A program made the position numbers and the translations under genes. A stretch of DNA of 64,000 nt, taken from sequence record JN849462.1, one strand, 5' to 3'. The notes below the pieces were generated by a model. It worked only from the letters and a program-made list of their open reading frames with translations. It did not search any database and had not been told where the DNA came from. This document shows, piece by piece, positions 27,174 through 36,299 of this stretch. Position 1 is the first letter of the stretch; every line of letters begins with the position of its first letter.

Positions 27174-28216
27174 TTATGAACGTACTATTCACGAGTCTAT
27201 TCGGCTCGAAACTATATGGCACAGACACGCCAGAGTCAGACACTGACTATAAAGCAGTCTATCTACCTGAGTTGCGAACTCTACTTCGTGGTGTTGCAAT
27301 AAAAAACTCAGTGCATTCCACTGGCAAATCGTTCGAGAAGAACGGCGCAGACGATGAAGACTTCGAATACATCCCTGTTCAAGTGTTCATGCGTGACTTT
27401 CTCGGGGGTCAGTCATATGCAATCGAGTTAGCATTCAATGCACTACAGAACCCTGATGACTGTAAGCCAGAGTTCTACAACATGTGTAAAGAAATGACTC
27501 GCAAGTACTTGACATCAAACGTCAAAGCAATGACTGGCTATGCGCTTAACCAAGCACAGAAGTACGGCATCAAAGGTACTCGACTGAACAGCCTTATGCA
27601 ATTTGCACGTGCTGTAGAGACGCACAACGTCGATCCTAAAGCGAAGTTAGGTTCAAGCCCTGAGTTGTGTAAGCAACTATGGGAACTGTGTGCAGAAGAC
27701 GCTCACGTGCGTTTTCAGTGGTATCATGGGCCCAAGACTAAAGACGCAAGCGACTTGAAAGACCCTGCGTTCAGTGTGCTTGAGAAAGTATTCGGTCTTG
27801 AGATCACGTTTGAAGAAGCTGCCGGTCGTCTTGAGAAGATGATGAGCAAATACGGCGCTCGTGCATACCAAGCGCGTGCTGCAAGCGGCTCAGACTGGAA
27901 AGCAATCTCTCATGCTATGCGCGTGATCGATCAAGCAATCGACATACTGACAGTTGGTAAGCTTGAGTTTCCGTTGAAGCACGCTGCGTTCTATCGTGAC
28001 GTGAAACAAGGTAAATACAAGTGGGAATACGTGTCTGAAGTGCTGCAAGAGCGCCTTGAATTGCTCGAAAAAGCAAAAGATACAACGTCACTTCCACATC
28101 ACACGCCTGATTTGGTTGCGAGATTTTACATCTGGTACGATGATTACCTTGATGAGTTTTATTTCCCTTGTGAAATGACTGATGAAGAAGTCAAACAAAT
28201 GCTAGGCGCGTACTAG
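27170..28216 (+). CDS. DNA pol beta-superfamily nucleotidyltransferase (RlaP / T4 NrdC.11-like)
   Basis: FGSKLYGTDTPESDTDYKAVY; DWKAISHAMR. Confidence 0.85.
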   Translation: MIMNVLFTSLFGSKLYGTDTPESDTDYKAVYLPELRTLLRGVAIKNSVHSTGKSFEKNGADDEDFEYIPVQVFMRDFLGGQSYAIELAFNALQNPDDCKPEFYNMCKEMTRKYLTSNVKAMTGYALNQAQKYGIKGTRLNSLMQFARAVETHNVDPKAKLGSSPELCKQLWELCAEDAHVRFQWYHGPKTKDASDLKDPAFSVLEKVFGLEITFEEAAGRLEKMMSKYGARAYQARAASGSDWKAISHAMRVIDQAIDILTVGKLEFPLKHAAFYRDVKQGKYKWEYVSEVLQERLELLEKAKDTTSLPHHTPDLVARFYIWYDDYLDEFYFPCEMTDEEVKQMLGAY

Positions 28217-28217
28217 T

Positions 28218-28225
28218 TATAAATA
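28218..28225 (+). promoter_or_regulatory. T4-type late promoter
   Basis: Perfect TATAAATA, 25 nt before the ATG. Confidence 0.8.
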
Positions 28226-28250
28226 CGTTAAACAAACAAAGAGGTTTAAC

Positions 28251-28502
28251 ATGCAAGGTTTTAACGATTATTTCAAGAAAGGTGAAGTCAAGCTGCAAGA
28301 AACTGAACAAGAGTTTCACGAGCGCGTTGTCAAGCATCGTAAAGTAGATGACAAACGTTATCCAGACTTATCTAAGGCTGGGCTAGAGGGTCCATATACT
28401 GATCTTAATGGTAAAGTGTATTACTATGACCCACGTGAAGGCATGTACTACGATCCAGACACTGACATTTACATCACTGCAAAAGATTTACGTTTACCGT
28501 AA
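28251..28502 (+). CDS. small late protein with OCRE-like Tyr repeats
   Basis: GLEGP...YYYDPREGMYYDPDTDIY. Confidence 0.75.
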   Translation: MQGFNDYFKKGEVKLQETEQEFHERVVKHRKVDDKRYPDLSKAGLEGPYTDLNGKVYYYDPREGMYYDPDTDIYITAKDLRLP

Positions 28503-28514
28503 CACAACGAACAC

Positions 28515-28538
28515 AAAGCGCCTACGGGCGCTTTTTTT
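28515..28538 (+). terminator. intrinsic terminator
   Basis: AAAGCGCC-TACG-GGCGCTTT-TTTT. Confidence 0.85.
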
Positions 28539-28559
28539 ATGCACGGAAGGTTATTAACA

Positions 28560-28934
28560 ATGATGTCACCGAGAGTACTCGTTTGCGGCGGTCGCAAATT
28601 TAATGATCGAAAACTTGTTTATGCTGCGCTCGACAAGCTATACAATAGCAATTATATCGGTCGAATGACTATTATCGAGGGCGGCGCATTAGGCGCGGAT
28701 CGACTTGCGCAAGATTGGGCGAATCAAGCGCACATCGACGTTGACTTAATAACATGCGAAGCTGAATGGGAAAAGTATGGCGACTCTGCGGGCTATCGAC
28801 GCAACAAAGACATGGCTGATCTCAGACCAGACATTTGTTTGGCATTTAAAGGTGGTCGTGGCACTCAGAACATGATAGACATCTGTCGAGAACGTTCAAT
28901 CAAAGTGCATACAATCAATTGGAAATATAGATGA
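28560..28934 (+). CDS. YspA/DUF2493-type SLOG protein
   Basis: RVLVCGGR, IIEGGALGADRLA, AGYRRN, AFKGGRGTQNMI. Confidence 0.85.
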   Translation: MMSPRVLVCGGRKFNDRKLVYAALDKLYNSNYIGRMTIIEGGALGADRLAQDWANQAHIDVDLITCEAEWEKYGDSAGYRRNKDMADLRPDICLAFKGGRGTQNMIDICRERSIKVHTINWKYR

Positions 28935-28945
28935 GGAAAAGATAA

Positions 28946-30211
28946 GTGGGTTTAACTAATTGCCAACAAGGCGCTATGGATGCATTTCTTGAATCAGACG
29001 GTCACATGACTATCTCTGGTCCCGCTGGCTCTGGTAAGACATTCTTGATGAAATCAATTCTCGAAGCTCTTGAGTCGAAAGGGAAGAATGTCACAATGGT
29101 GACACCAACTCACCAAGCAAAGAACGTACTGCATAAAGCAACTGGTCAAGAAGTCTCGACTATTCACAGTTTGCTGAAGATTCACCCAGACACATACGAA
29201 GATCAAAAGCACTTCACACAATCAGGCGAAGTTGAAGGTCTAGACGAAATCGACGTGCTTGTTGTCGAAGAAGCAAGTATGGTTGATGAAGAGCTATTTC
29301 AAATCACTGGTAGAACAATGCCACGCAAGTGTCGCATTCTAGCAGTTGGTGACAAATATCAGCTTCAGCCAGTTAAGCACGACCCTGGTGTTATCTCACC
29401 ATTCTTCACTAAGTTCACCACGTTTGAAATGAATGAAGTCGTGCGACAAGCGAAAGACAATCCGCTGATTCAAGTAGCAACTGAAGTACGAAACGGTCAA
29501 TGGCTACGCACTAACTGGTCGAAAGAACGTCGTCAAGGTGTGCTGCACGTGCCTAACGTGAACAAAATGCTAGACACATACTTGAGCAAAGTGAACAGCC
29601 CTGAAGATCTGCTTGACTATCGCATTCTCGCGTACACAAACGATTGTGTTGATACGTTCAACGGCATCATTCGTGAACACGTGTACAACACGTCAGAGCC
29701 ATTCATTCCCGGTGAATATCTCGTGACTCAAATGCCAGTAATGGTTTCAAACGGAAAATATCCTGTTTGTGTCATTGAAAATGGTGAAGTTGTTAAGATT
29801 CTAGACGTTCGCCAGAAGACTATCGACGGAATGCTACCAAAAGTAGACAATGAAGCGTTTGATGTTGCTGTGCTGACTGTTGAGAAAGAAGATGGCAACG
29901 TGTATGAGTTCACAGTACTGTGGGATGACCTACAGAAAGAGCGTTTTGCTCGTTACTTGTCTGTTGCTGCTGGTACTTACAAGTCAATGCGTGGTAATAC
30001 AAAGCGTTACTGGCGTGCTTTCTGGGGTTTGAAAGAGCAAATGATTGAAACTAAGTCTCTTGGTGCGTCAACTGTTCACAAATCGCAAGGTACAACTGTC
30101 AAAGGCGTGTGCTTGTACACTCAAGACATGGGATACGCTGAGCCAGAGATTCTACAGCAATTGGTCTACGTTGGGTTGACTCGACCTACTGATTGGGCAT
30201 TATACAATTAA
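28946..30211 (+). CDS. dda: Dda SF1B DNA helicase
   Basis: GPAGSGKT, TPTHQAKNVL, STIHSLL, VEEASM, GDKYQLQP, TVHKSQG, YVGLTR. Confidence 0.95.
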   Translation: MGLTNCQQGAMDAFLESDGHMTISGPAGSGKTFLMKSILEALESKGKNVTMVTPTHQAKNVLHKATGQEVSTIHSLLKIHPDTYEDQKHFTQSGEVEGLDEIDVLVVEEASMVDEELFQITGRTMPRKCRILAVGDKYQLQPVKHDPGVISPFFTKFTTFEMNEVVRQAKDNPLIQVATEVRNGQWLRTNWSKERRQGVLHVPNVNKMLDTYLSKVNSPEDLLDYRILAYTNDCVDTFNGIIREHVYNTSEPFIPGEYLVTQMPVMVSNGKYPVCVIENGEVVKILDVRQKTIDGMLPKVDNEAFDVAVLTVEKEDGNVYEFTVLWDDLQKERFARYLSVAAGTYKSMRGNTKRYWRAFWGLKEQMIETKSLGASTVHKSQGTTVKGVCLYTQDMGYAEPEILQQLVYVGLTRPTDWALYN

Positions 30212-30289
30212 TTTCAAAAAGTAGTTGACAGAGCGTGTGAGTGGCTGTAATATGTCACTCAACGCCTAACAAAACAAGAGAACAAAATC

Positions 30290-30619
30290 ATGAAATTTAA
30301 ACTACCAACGTTTACACGACCTAACTGGCTCGACAACACAATCATTCTTGCTGAAGAAGCAAAATCACATCCGCGCATCACTGCTGCTGTTCTTGTTGCT
30401 GTATTAGCAATGGGTTATGTGACTTACACCCGTGTGCCTGCAATTGCATCGTGTACGTGGACTGCTGTTGTTGATCAATCAGTGCCGTGGGACTTGTGGC
30501 GTCATAACATGTGGAACAACAACTGTCAGTACTACAATGGTACACGTTGGATTGCACTTGAAAAAGTCATGGACGTCGGTGCAGGTCACACTGAAGAGCT
30601 TGAGGATCTAGCACAATGA
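30290..30619 (+). CDS. membrane-anchored hypothetical protein
   Basis: One TM segment; follows a TTGACA/TAATAT promoter. Confidence 0.75.
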   Translation: MKFKLPTFTRPNWLDNTIILAEEAKSHPRITAAVLVAVLAMGYVTYTRVPAIASCTWTAVVDQSVPWDLWRHNMWNNNCQYYNGTRWIALEKVMDVGAGHTEELEDLAQ

Positions 30620-30795
30620 TCTTAGCAACGGCTGAAGAAGTGCAAGAATACTTAGACAAAGCGCGTGCATGGTTATGCACGCCGTCTGGTAGAATGTTCA
30701 ATGATTGTAAGTCTGTTGCTCGTACTGCATACGCTGAAGCACTAGCAAATGTAGACGGTAAAACTATCTACAATCTGAGACAAACAGAAAATTAA
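30616..30795 (+). CDS. small hypothetical protein (below cutoff)
   Basis: 59 aa, ATGA overlap, GAGGA RBS. Confidence 0.6.
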   Translation: MILATAEEVQEYLDKARAWLCTPSGRMFNDCKSVARTAYAEALANVDGKTIYNLRQTEN

Positions 30796-30862
30796 CAACA
30801 TATTCATATTATATTAATGAATATTATATAACATTTCGATAAATACAAGTGAGTGAAATATA

Positions 30863-31624
30863 ATGAGTATTGCAACTACATCTGGTCATCGCTTTGGTAT
30901 GCTTGTTGAATCAATTGCAACGGGCTTACGTGGTACTGTAATTGGTATCACACAATGTATCGCGGGGTGCGAACTGCTTGAAGTTCAGTCAAAAGACAAC
31001 AAAGGCATCGCCCGAACACACGTTTTTAGCTCAAAACTGGTTGAAATTATCAATTCTGACCGTGTAGATGAGTACGAAGCTATCTTTGCCGAGACTAATA
31101 CGACTATGCCGATTCGTCTTGGTGATGAAGTAGAAGACACAGTTTCAGAAGCGAAAGGGATCGTAACTGAAATTCAATACTCAGTGAATGCAGCACCGAA
31201 TGTGCTTTTGATCAAGCCATACTCAGAGCATGAAACGAATATTTATGCATCTGCGCGGGTCATTAGCTGTAAGAAAACGGGTCACTCGATTCACGATAAG
31301 ATCATCAACAATCGTTTAAAACGTGAGCGTGATGAGCTTAAAGTGGAGCTGCTGCAAAAAGCTCGATGCATGGCAACTGGCGCGACTGGCTTAGTCACTG
31401 CCATTTTCAATCAAGCTAGTGGAACAGTCTCAGTTGGCATTCAGCCCGTGAGTAAAGAGGGACGACTACTCGATACTCATTATACTGACATTGAATTAGT
31501 CGAAATCATCACTGAAGAAGCAAAGCAAATCGTTCAACCGAAAGAGACAAAGCTGAAGAAAAGTGGCTCACTGCGCTCTCATGAACTGTCTTCGCTGAAA
31601 CGCAGTGGTATGCATACAGTGTAA
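30863..31624 (+). CDS. protein of three tandem SH3/KOW-like repeats
   Basis: ATGLRGTVIGI / VSEAKGIVTEI / ATGATGLVTAI repeats. Confidence 0.7.
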   Translation: MSIATTSGHRFGMLVESIATGLRGTVIGITQCIAGCELLEVQSKDNKGIARTHVFSSKLVEIINSDRVDEYEAIFAETNTTMPIRLGDEVEDTVSEAKGIVTEIQYSVNAAPNVLLIKPYSEHETNIYASARVISCKKTGHSIHDKIINNRLKRERDELKVELLQKARCMATGATGLVTAIFNQASGTVSVGIQPVSKEGRLLDTHYTDIELVEIITEEAKQIVQPKETKLKKSGSLRSHELSSLKRSGMHTV

Positions 31625-31687
31625 GAAAACAAACTCGCGTTACATATGTTGCACGTGTGCAGGTAATTTAGCACAAGGAAGCACATT

Positions 31688-32155
31688 ATGAAAATCGCAT
31701 TGTTATTATTGACTGTGGCTTTACTGCCACAAATAGCGAACGCTCACGTTCATGACGATTGGATGACAGTTCACCGCGTGGATGTTCGCACTCATGAGCT
31801 AATACATACAGCAAGTACGACCTCAACCAATCATCTTGCTGTCCTCACAATTGACTGTGATAAGTCAGTCACGTTATATGAAGCAAGAGACTATTTGATT
31901 GCCTCGAATCCGGATGACGTTTGGTATTCTATCGACGGGAATCCATATGTGCGAATCAAAAACGATCAGCTTAAACATCAAGCGTCTGTTACTACCTTTG
32001 TCGGTAGTATCAAAGCGATTGAGACACTTAAAACAGGCAATGAACTCGAATATGTTGTTAACAACAACGTTCGAGGAGTGAAATATTCGTATCACTTCAG
32101 TCTGAAAGGAATGAATGATGCATACGAAGCATTAGGTGAATTATGTAAGTGGTAA
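31688..32155 (+). CDS. secreted/periplasmic hypothetical protein
   Basis: Signal peptide ending ANA-H. Confidence 0.75.
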   Translation: MKIALLLLTVALLPQIANAHVHDDWMTVHRVDVRTHELIHTASTTSTNHLAVLTIDCDKSVTLYEARDYLIASNPDDVWYSIDGNPYVRIKNDQLKHQASVTTFVGSIKAIETLKTGNELEYVVNNNVRGVKYSYHFSLKGMNDAYEALGELCKW

Positions 32156-32159
32156 CACT

Positions 32160-32678
32160 ATGAAAATTATATTCTTGGATATTGACGGCGTTCTAAACAA
32201 TGCTTTAGAAGCCGATGAGCACAAGGACGTGCTACTTAATGGTGAGTATCAGGGCATTTATTCTCCTCGATGCGTAGACCGCTTAAACGATCTCGTTGAA
32301 ATGACTGACGCACGCATTGTCCTTACCAGTGTGTGGCGTTGTGGTCTGTCAATTGATGAGATCAACACAATGCTTCGAGCCATGGGAGTCAACGCTGAAT
32401 GCATTGGTAAAACCGATATGCTCGATCACAAATACTCATGGGCGTTTCGTGGCAATGAGATTCTTAAATGGATTCATGACAACGAAGAGCGTATTGGTAA
32501 ACGTAGATACGAGTATCGAAGCTATGTCATCTTAGATGATGACACTGATATGCTGTTATGGCAACGTCATAACTATGTAAACTGCGACCCTGAGATTGGC
32601 ATGACTGATCGCGTGGTCGCAAAAGCTGCTGCAATACTGAATAACGCACCTTGTACCGATACTGGTCAAGAGTTTTAA
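32160..32678 (+). CDS. HAD-family phosphatase (Swiss-army-knife RNA-repair-like HAD type)
   Basis: IIFLDIDGVLN, IVLTSVWR, RGNEI, YVILDDD. Confidence 0.85.
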   Translation: MKIIFLDIDGVLNNALEADEHKDVLLNGEYQGIYSPRCVDRLNDLVEMTDARIVLTSVWRCGLSIDEINTMLRAMGVNAECIGKTDMLDHKYSWAFRGNEILKWIHDNEERIGKRRYEYRSYVILDDDTDMLLWQRHNYVNCDPEIGMTDRVVAKAAAILNNAPCTDTGQEF

Positions 32679-32751
32679 AAGTAGTTGACACGCACAATAA
32701 AAGATGTAATAATCTAATCTCAATCAACAATGACAAAATGGGGAGCCCAAC

Positions 32752-33777
32752 ATGTCACACGCAATCTTTATCGGACGTTTTCGTCCATTCCACAACGGTC
32801 ATCTATCTGCAATCACTCAAGCATTCGACGCGCTTGATTTAGATAAGATGACTATCCTAATCGGTAGCTCTAACCGACATCGTTCAGTTAAAAACCCATT
32901 CGTGTTCGAAGAAGTACGCGATATGATGGGTGTTGCATTGCCTGATCACATTCGAAGCAAAGTTCGCTTTGTACCGCTTGGTGATTACGCGAAAGACGAC
33001 GTTTGGCAGTCAAATGTTCGTTCTCGTGCAAGAGGCGCAACTCACATCGTTGGTTACGACAAAGACGAAAGCAGCTACTACCTCAAGTTATTCCCTGAGC
33101 TAAAGCTATTTCAACCTGAACCAGTGAAGATGTATAACAAAGTTATCTCTGCAACTGACTTCAGAGAACTGTACTTCAGTGAGATTCTACTGAATCACCC
33201 TGTAATGTCTGGTCTTATCCCTAAAGAAACGATGATGTTTCTTGATAACTGGAGCAAAACAGAGTTTTTCACTGAAATGAAAGCTGAATACGATAGCTCA
33301 GTGCGCGAAATCGAGAAGTTTAAAGACTATCCTTACCAAGGTCACTTGAATATCGCGTGTGCTGATAACGTTGTTACGTGTGCAGGTCATGTCCTTCTCG
33401 TTGAGCGTAAGTTCAACCCAGGCAAAGGCTGTTTAGCATTACCTGGCGGGCATAAGCATGAGAAAGAAACATTCTTAGATGCTGCGATTCGTGAACTGCA
33501 AGAAGAAACTAATATCAAAGTACCTGAAAAAGTACTGCGTGGCTCGCTTGTGGGTGAAAAGATGTTCGATAATCCAAATCGCTCTTACCCTCACACTCGC
33601 ATCACAATGGTATATCACTTGAAAGTGCAGCCAAACCCAGACAACACTTTCCCGAAAGTGAAACCTGCTGATGATGCTGTATCAGCGAAATGGTATCCAC
33701 TGAGTGAAGTGCGCGACATGCAAGAACGTTTGTATGACGATCACTACCAAATCATTCAGTATTTCACTGGCATCTAA
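32752..33777 (+). CDS. natV: bifunctional NMN adenylyltransferase / Nudix ADP-ribose pyrophosphatase
   Basis: GRFRPFHNGH, KNPF, SAT; Nudix box GGHKHEKETFLDAAIRELQEET; DDA. Confidence 0.94.
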   Translation: MSHAIFIGRFRPFHNGHLSAITQAFDALDLDKMTILIGSSNRHRSVKNPFVFEEVRDMMGVALPDHIRSKVRFVPLGDYAKDDVWQSNVRSRARGATHIVGYDKDESSYYLKLFPELKLFQPEPVKMYNKVISATDFRELYFSEILLNHPVMSGLIPKETMMFLDNWSKTEFFTEMKAEYDSSVREIEKFKDYPYQGHLNIACADNVVTCAGHVLLVERKFNPGKGCLALPGGHKHEKETFLDAAIRELQEETNIKVPEKVLRGSLVGEKMFDNPNRSYPHTRITMVYHLKVQPNPDNTFPKVKPADDAVSAKWYPLSEVRDMQERLYDDHYQIIQYFTGI

Positions 33778-33815
33778 TAACTAATGGGGCAGCAATGCCC
33801 CTTTGAGGAAATATT

Positions 33816-34091
33816 ATGAACATCAATCTGCTTATTCGCAATGAAGTGAAGAACAACACGAGTCGTTACGCTACTGCATACGACATCATGGACGATATGC
33901 TTGAGAAGTTCCCTCAAGCGCGTGCCTCTGCTGCGAAAAACGATGGAACAATGAAGAACAGCACACTGAGACGTGAAATCGCTCGTGCTCTTGATAACTC
34001 AAGCAACTGGAAAGCAATCGGCAAGACCGAGACTGGTCGTAAACTATACGAACGCTTACCTAATGGCAATTCACTAGAGAACTTTGTATGA
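33816..34091 (+). CDS. hypothetical protein
   Basis: GAGGA RBS, ATTATG start. Confidence 0.8.
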   Translation: MNINLLIRNEVKNNTSRYATAYDIMDDMLEKFPQARASAAKNDGTMKNSTLRREIARALDNSSNWKAIGKTETGRKLYERLPNGNSLENFV

Positions 34092-34714
34092 ACGCATATG
34101 ACTTAGTAAGAAAAATGCAAAAGGTTGTTAACTCTTGCGAGACAATTGAACAACTACGTAATGCAAGAAAGTATCTCATGCGCTGTCAAGACTATGCACT
34201 AGATGGTGGCAATGACAATTACATCACTACTATCATGGTAGAAGTTGATGACTTAGATGAACGCATTACCAATAAGATCGTTGAGTTGTCTGATACTCGT
34301 GGCATGAACGCTATCGAAACTGGCATTATCAAAGTCGGCATTGATATTCATGGAGTCATTGACCAATCACCAGAGTTCTTCGCGCTGTTAAGCAAACTAC
34401 CAGTTGAAGTGCATATCATCACTGGCATTAAAGAAGAACTCGACACTGATGTACCAGATGACTTAGAGTACGATCACTGGTTCTCGATCCATCAAGAGTG
34501 TGAAGATCGCGGCGTTGAAATCAAATACGACGAGAAAGGGCGCCCATGGGTTGATGATGAAATCTGGAACAACATGAAAGCTGAATACTGCCAAGAGAAC
34601 AACATCAATATCATGATCGATGACTCACCAACGTATGCTAAAACATTCGAAGGTCTTGATACTTTCTATCTACAACTAACCAATACTGTTCGTGATGAAT
34701 GGAGACGCAAATGA
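34088..34714 (+). CDS. hypothetical protein with C-terminal HAD-like domain
   Basis: GIDIHGVID...HIITG...MIDDSP. Confidence 0.7.
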   Translation: MNAYDLVRKMQKVVNSCETIEQLRNARKYLMRCQDYALDGGNDNYITTIMVEVDDLDERITNKIVELSDTRGMNAIETGIIKVGIDIHGVIDQSPEFFALLSKLPVEVHIITGIKEELDTDVPDDLEYDHWFSIHQECEDRGVEIKYDEKGRPWVDDEIWNNMKAEYCQENNINIMIDDSPTYAKTFEGLDTFYLQLTNTVRDEWRRK

Positions 34715-34896
34715 AATCATTCGGAATTATAGACCGTGAAGGCAGACATCTACTTGAACTCGATGTTGACAATGAACTAAAAGTCATGGCAATCTTCTCT
34801 GAAATTGAAGATGCTCATCGTGTGCTGTACAAATTTGGCTTTGATAAGCAAGGCTTTCGCGTAATCGAACTAAAACCACTTGAGAAGAAAGTATGA
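34711..34896 (+). CDS. hypothetical protein
   Basis: ATGA overlap chain. Confidence 0.7.
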   Translation: MKSFGIIDREGRHLLELDVDNELKVMAIFSEIEDAHRVLYKFGFDKQGFRVIELKPLEKKV

Positions 34897-35102
34897 ATGT
34901 AGCAAATGTAATGTCACAACACGCATCAATCCAATATGCGCTGATTGAATATCTCAATGCACAATACGACGGCGAAGGTCATATCGAATATGCTGAATAC
35001 TTCGAAGACATTCAAGCGTGGGAAGTTCAATACTATGATGGTGAGTTCTTACATGAGCTAACCGTTACTGCACAAGCAATTGAGCAATGGATGAACAAAT
35101 GA
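34893..35102 (+). CDS. small acidic protein, paralog 1 of 3
   Basis: ATGA overlap; similar to the next two ORFs. Confidence 0.7.
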   Translation: MNVANVMSQHASIQYALIEYLNAQYDGEGHIEYAEYFEDIQAWEVQYYDGEFLHELTVTAQAIEQWMNK

Positions 35103-35305
35103 TTGACCAAACAATGTCAGACTACAGTCGCATCATGAATGCAATCGAAGAATATTTGGACTTACGTTCTTATCAATACACTGATGTCATTCAATATGAT
35201 AAAGAACGTAAAGGCTTTGATGTCGCGATTGTTGAAGAAACTGAAAACGGATCCGAATACCTAGATGTATTCGTGCCAAACGAAAGGCTAGAAACATTCC
35301 TATGA
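35099..35305 (+). CDS. small acidic protein, paralog 2 of 3
   Basis: ATGA overlap. Confidence 0.7.
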   Translation: MIDQTMSDYSRIMNAIEEYLDLRSYQYTDVIQYDKERKGFDVAIVEETENGSEYLDVFVPNERLETFL

Positions 35306-35535
35306 ATATAAACGATGTAATGATCTCACACGAGCAAATCATGAAGTCATTGCATCGTGTCATAGAAAGTCGCACTGATAATCGCATTGTCGAAATCACT
35401 TACGATAAAGACAAAATGTATTTCATTGTGACTCTAAGCTCATCCGATGCCGTTGCTGATGAAATCTATCAATGGAACATGAAAGTCACCAACGAAACAA
35501 TAGTCAATCAAATGCACATGGAGAAGTTCAGATGA
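35302..35535 (+). CDS. small protein, paralog 3 of 3
   Basis: ATGA overlap. Confidence 0.7.
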   Translation: MNINDVMISHEQIMKSLHRVIESRTDNRIVEITYDKDKMYFIVTLSSSDAVADEIYQWNMKVTNETIVNQMHMEKFR

Positions 35536-35705
35536 AACTACCAGAATACTTGAGCCACGTTACTGTAAAAGAAAACGTAATCATAATCGACTCAGCGCGA
35601 GATAAAGCGTTGGTCGTCGATTATCTAACCAATATCAAAGCACGATTCCATATCGTCCAAAAGACGATTAGCCGCTGCGAAATCCACGTGAAGAGAACAT
35701 CATGA
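35532..35705 (+). CDS. hypothetical protein
   Basis: ATGA overlap. Confidence 0.6.
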   Translation: MKLPEYLSHVTVKENVIIIDSARDKALVVDYLTNIKARFHIVQKTISRCEIHVKRTS

Positions 35706-36031
35706 AAGAACTACTGAACACACTTAACCAAGTTGAAACTCAAATCGCTAAACAGTTCGGTCTCGACCATCTATGGCACGGACTAGTAGACTGCACTAAT
35801 AGCGTATTCGCTGCCGATAACGAAGATCTACTAAAAGCACGTGAATTCCAATACGCTGATACAGAGAAAGCAATCACAGAAGGCGACTGCTATGGCATTG
35901 AAGTATACGGCACAAGCGTATGGCTATCAACTGATGGCAAATACGTATTGACTGTAGCTGATGACGGCTGTGGCAATCGAGACTTCTATATCTTTGATGC
36001 GTCTAAACACTCAGATTGCGAAATGTACTAA
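35702..36031 (+). CDS. hypothetical protein
   Basis: ATGA overlap, 109 aa. Confidence 0.8.
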   Translation: MKELLNTLNQVETQIAKQFGLDHLWHGLVDCTNSVFAADNEDLLKAREFQYADTEKAITEGDCYGIEVYGTSVWLSTDGKYVLTVADDGCGNRDFYIFDASKHSDCEMY

Positions 36032-36041
36032 AAAGTAATAA

Positions 36042-36107
36042 AAAGGGTTGACAGATGTCAGCCCTTTCGCGTATTATACACATATCAAATCAAGAAAGGA
36101 AAACATT
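36042..36107 (+). promoter_or_regulatory. promoter/terminator cassette
   Basis: AAAGGGTTGAC-AGAT-GTCAGCCCTTT, TATTAT, AAGGA RBS. Confidence 0.8.
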
Positions 36108-36299
36108 ATGTTCATCGTAACTATGCTAGGCGCAGTAATGTTCATCATTCTATTACTCGTGCTCGTAAACGAAATGCGCCCATTCATGACAGAAGAAAAC
36201 AAAACAATGTCATTGACGTTCGGCGTAGCTATCAGCTTAATCAATCTGTTCTTTATTACAAAGTACGCAAGTCTATTCCAATTACTACTAGAGAAATAA
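36108..36299 (+). CDS. small membrane protein
   Basis: Two hydrophobic segments; start at ATTATG 36108. Confidence 0.65.
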   Translation: MFIVTMLGAVMFIILLLVLVNEMRPFMTEENKTMSLTFGVAISLINLFFITKYASLFQLLLEK

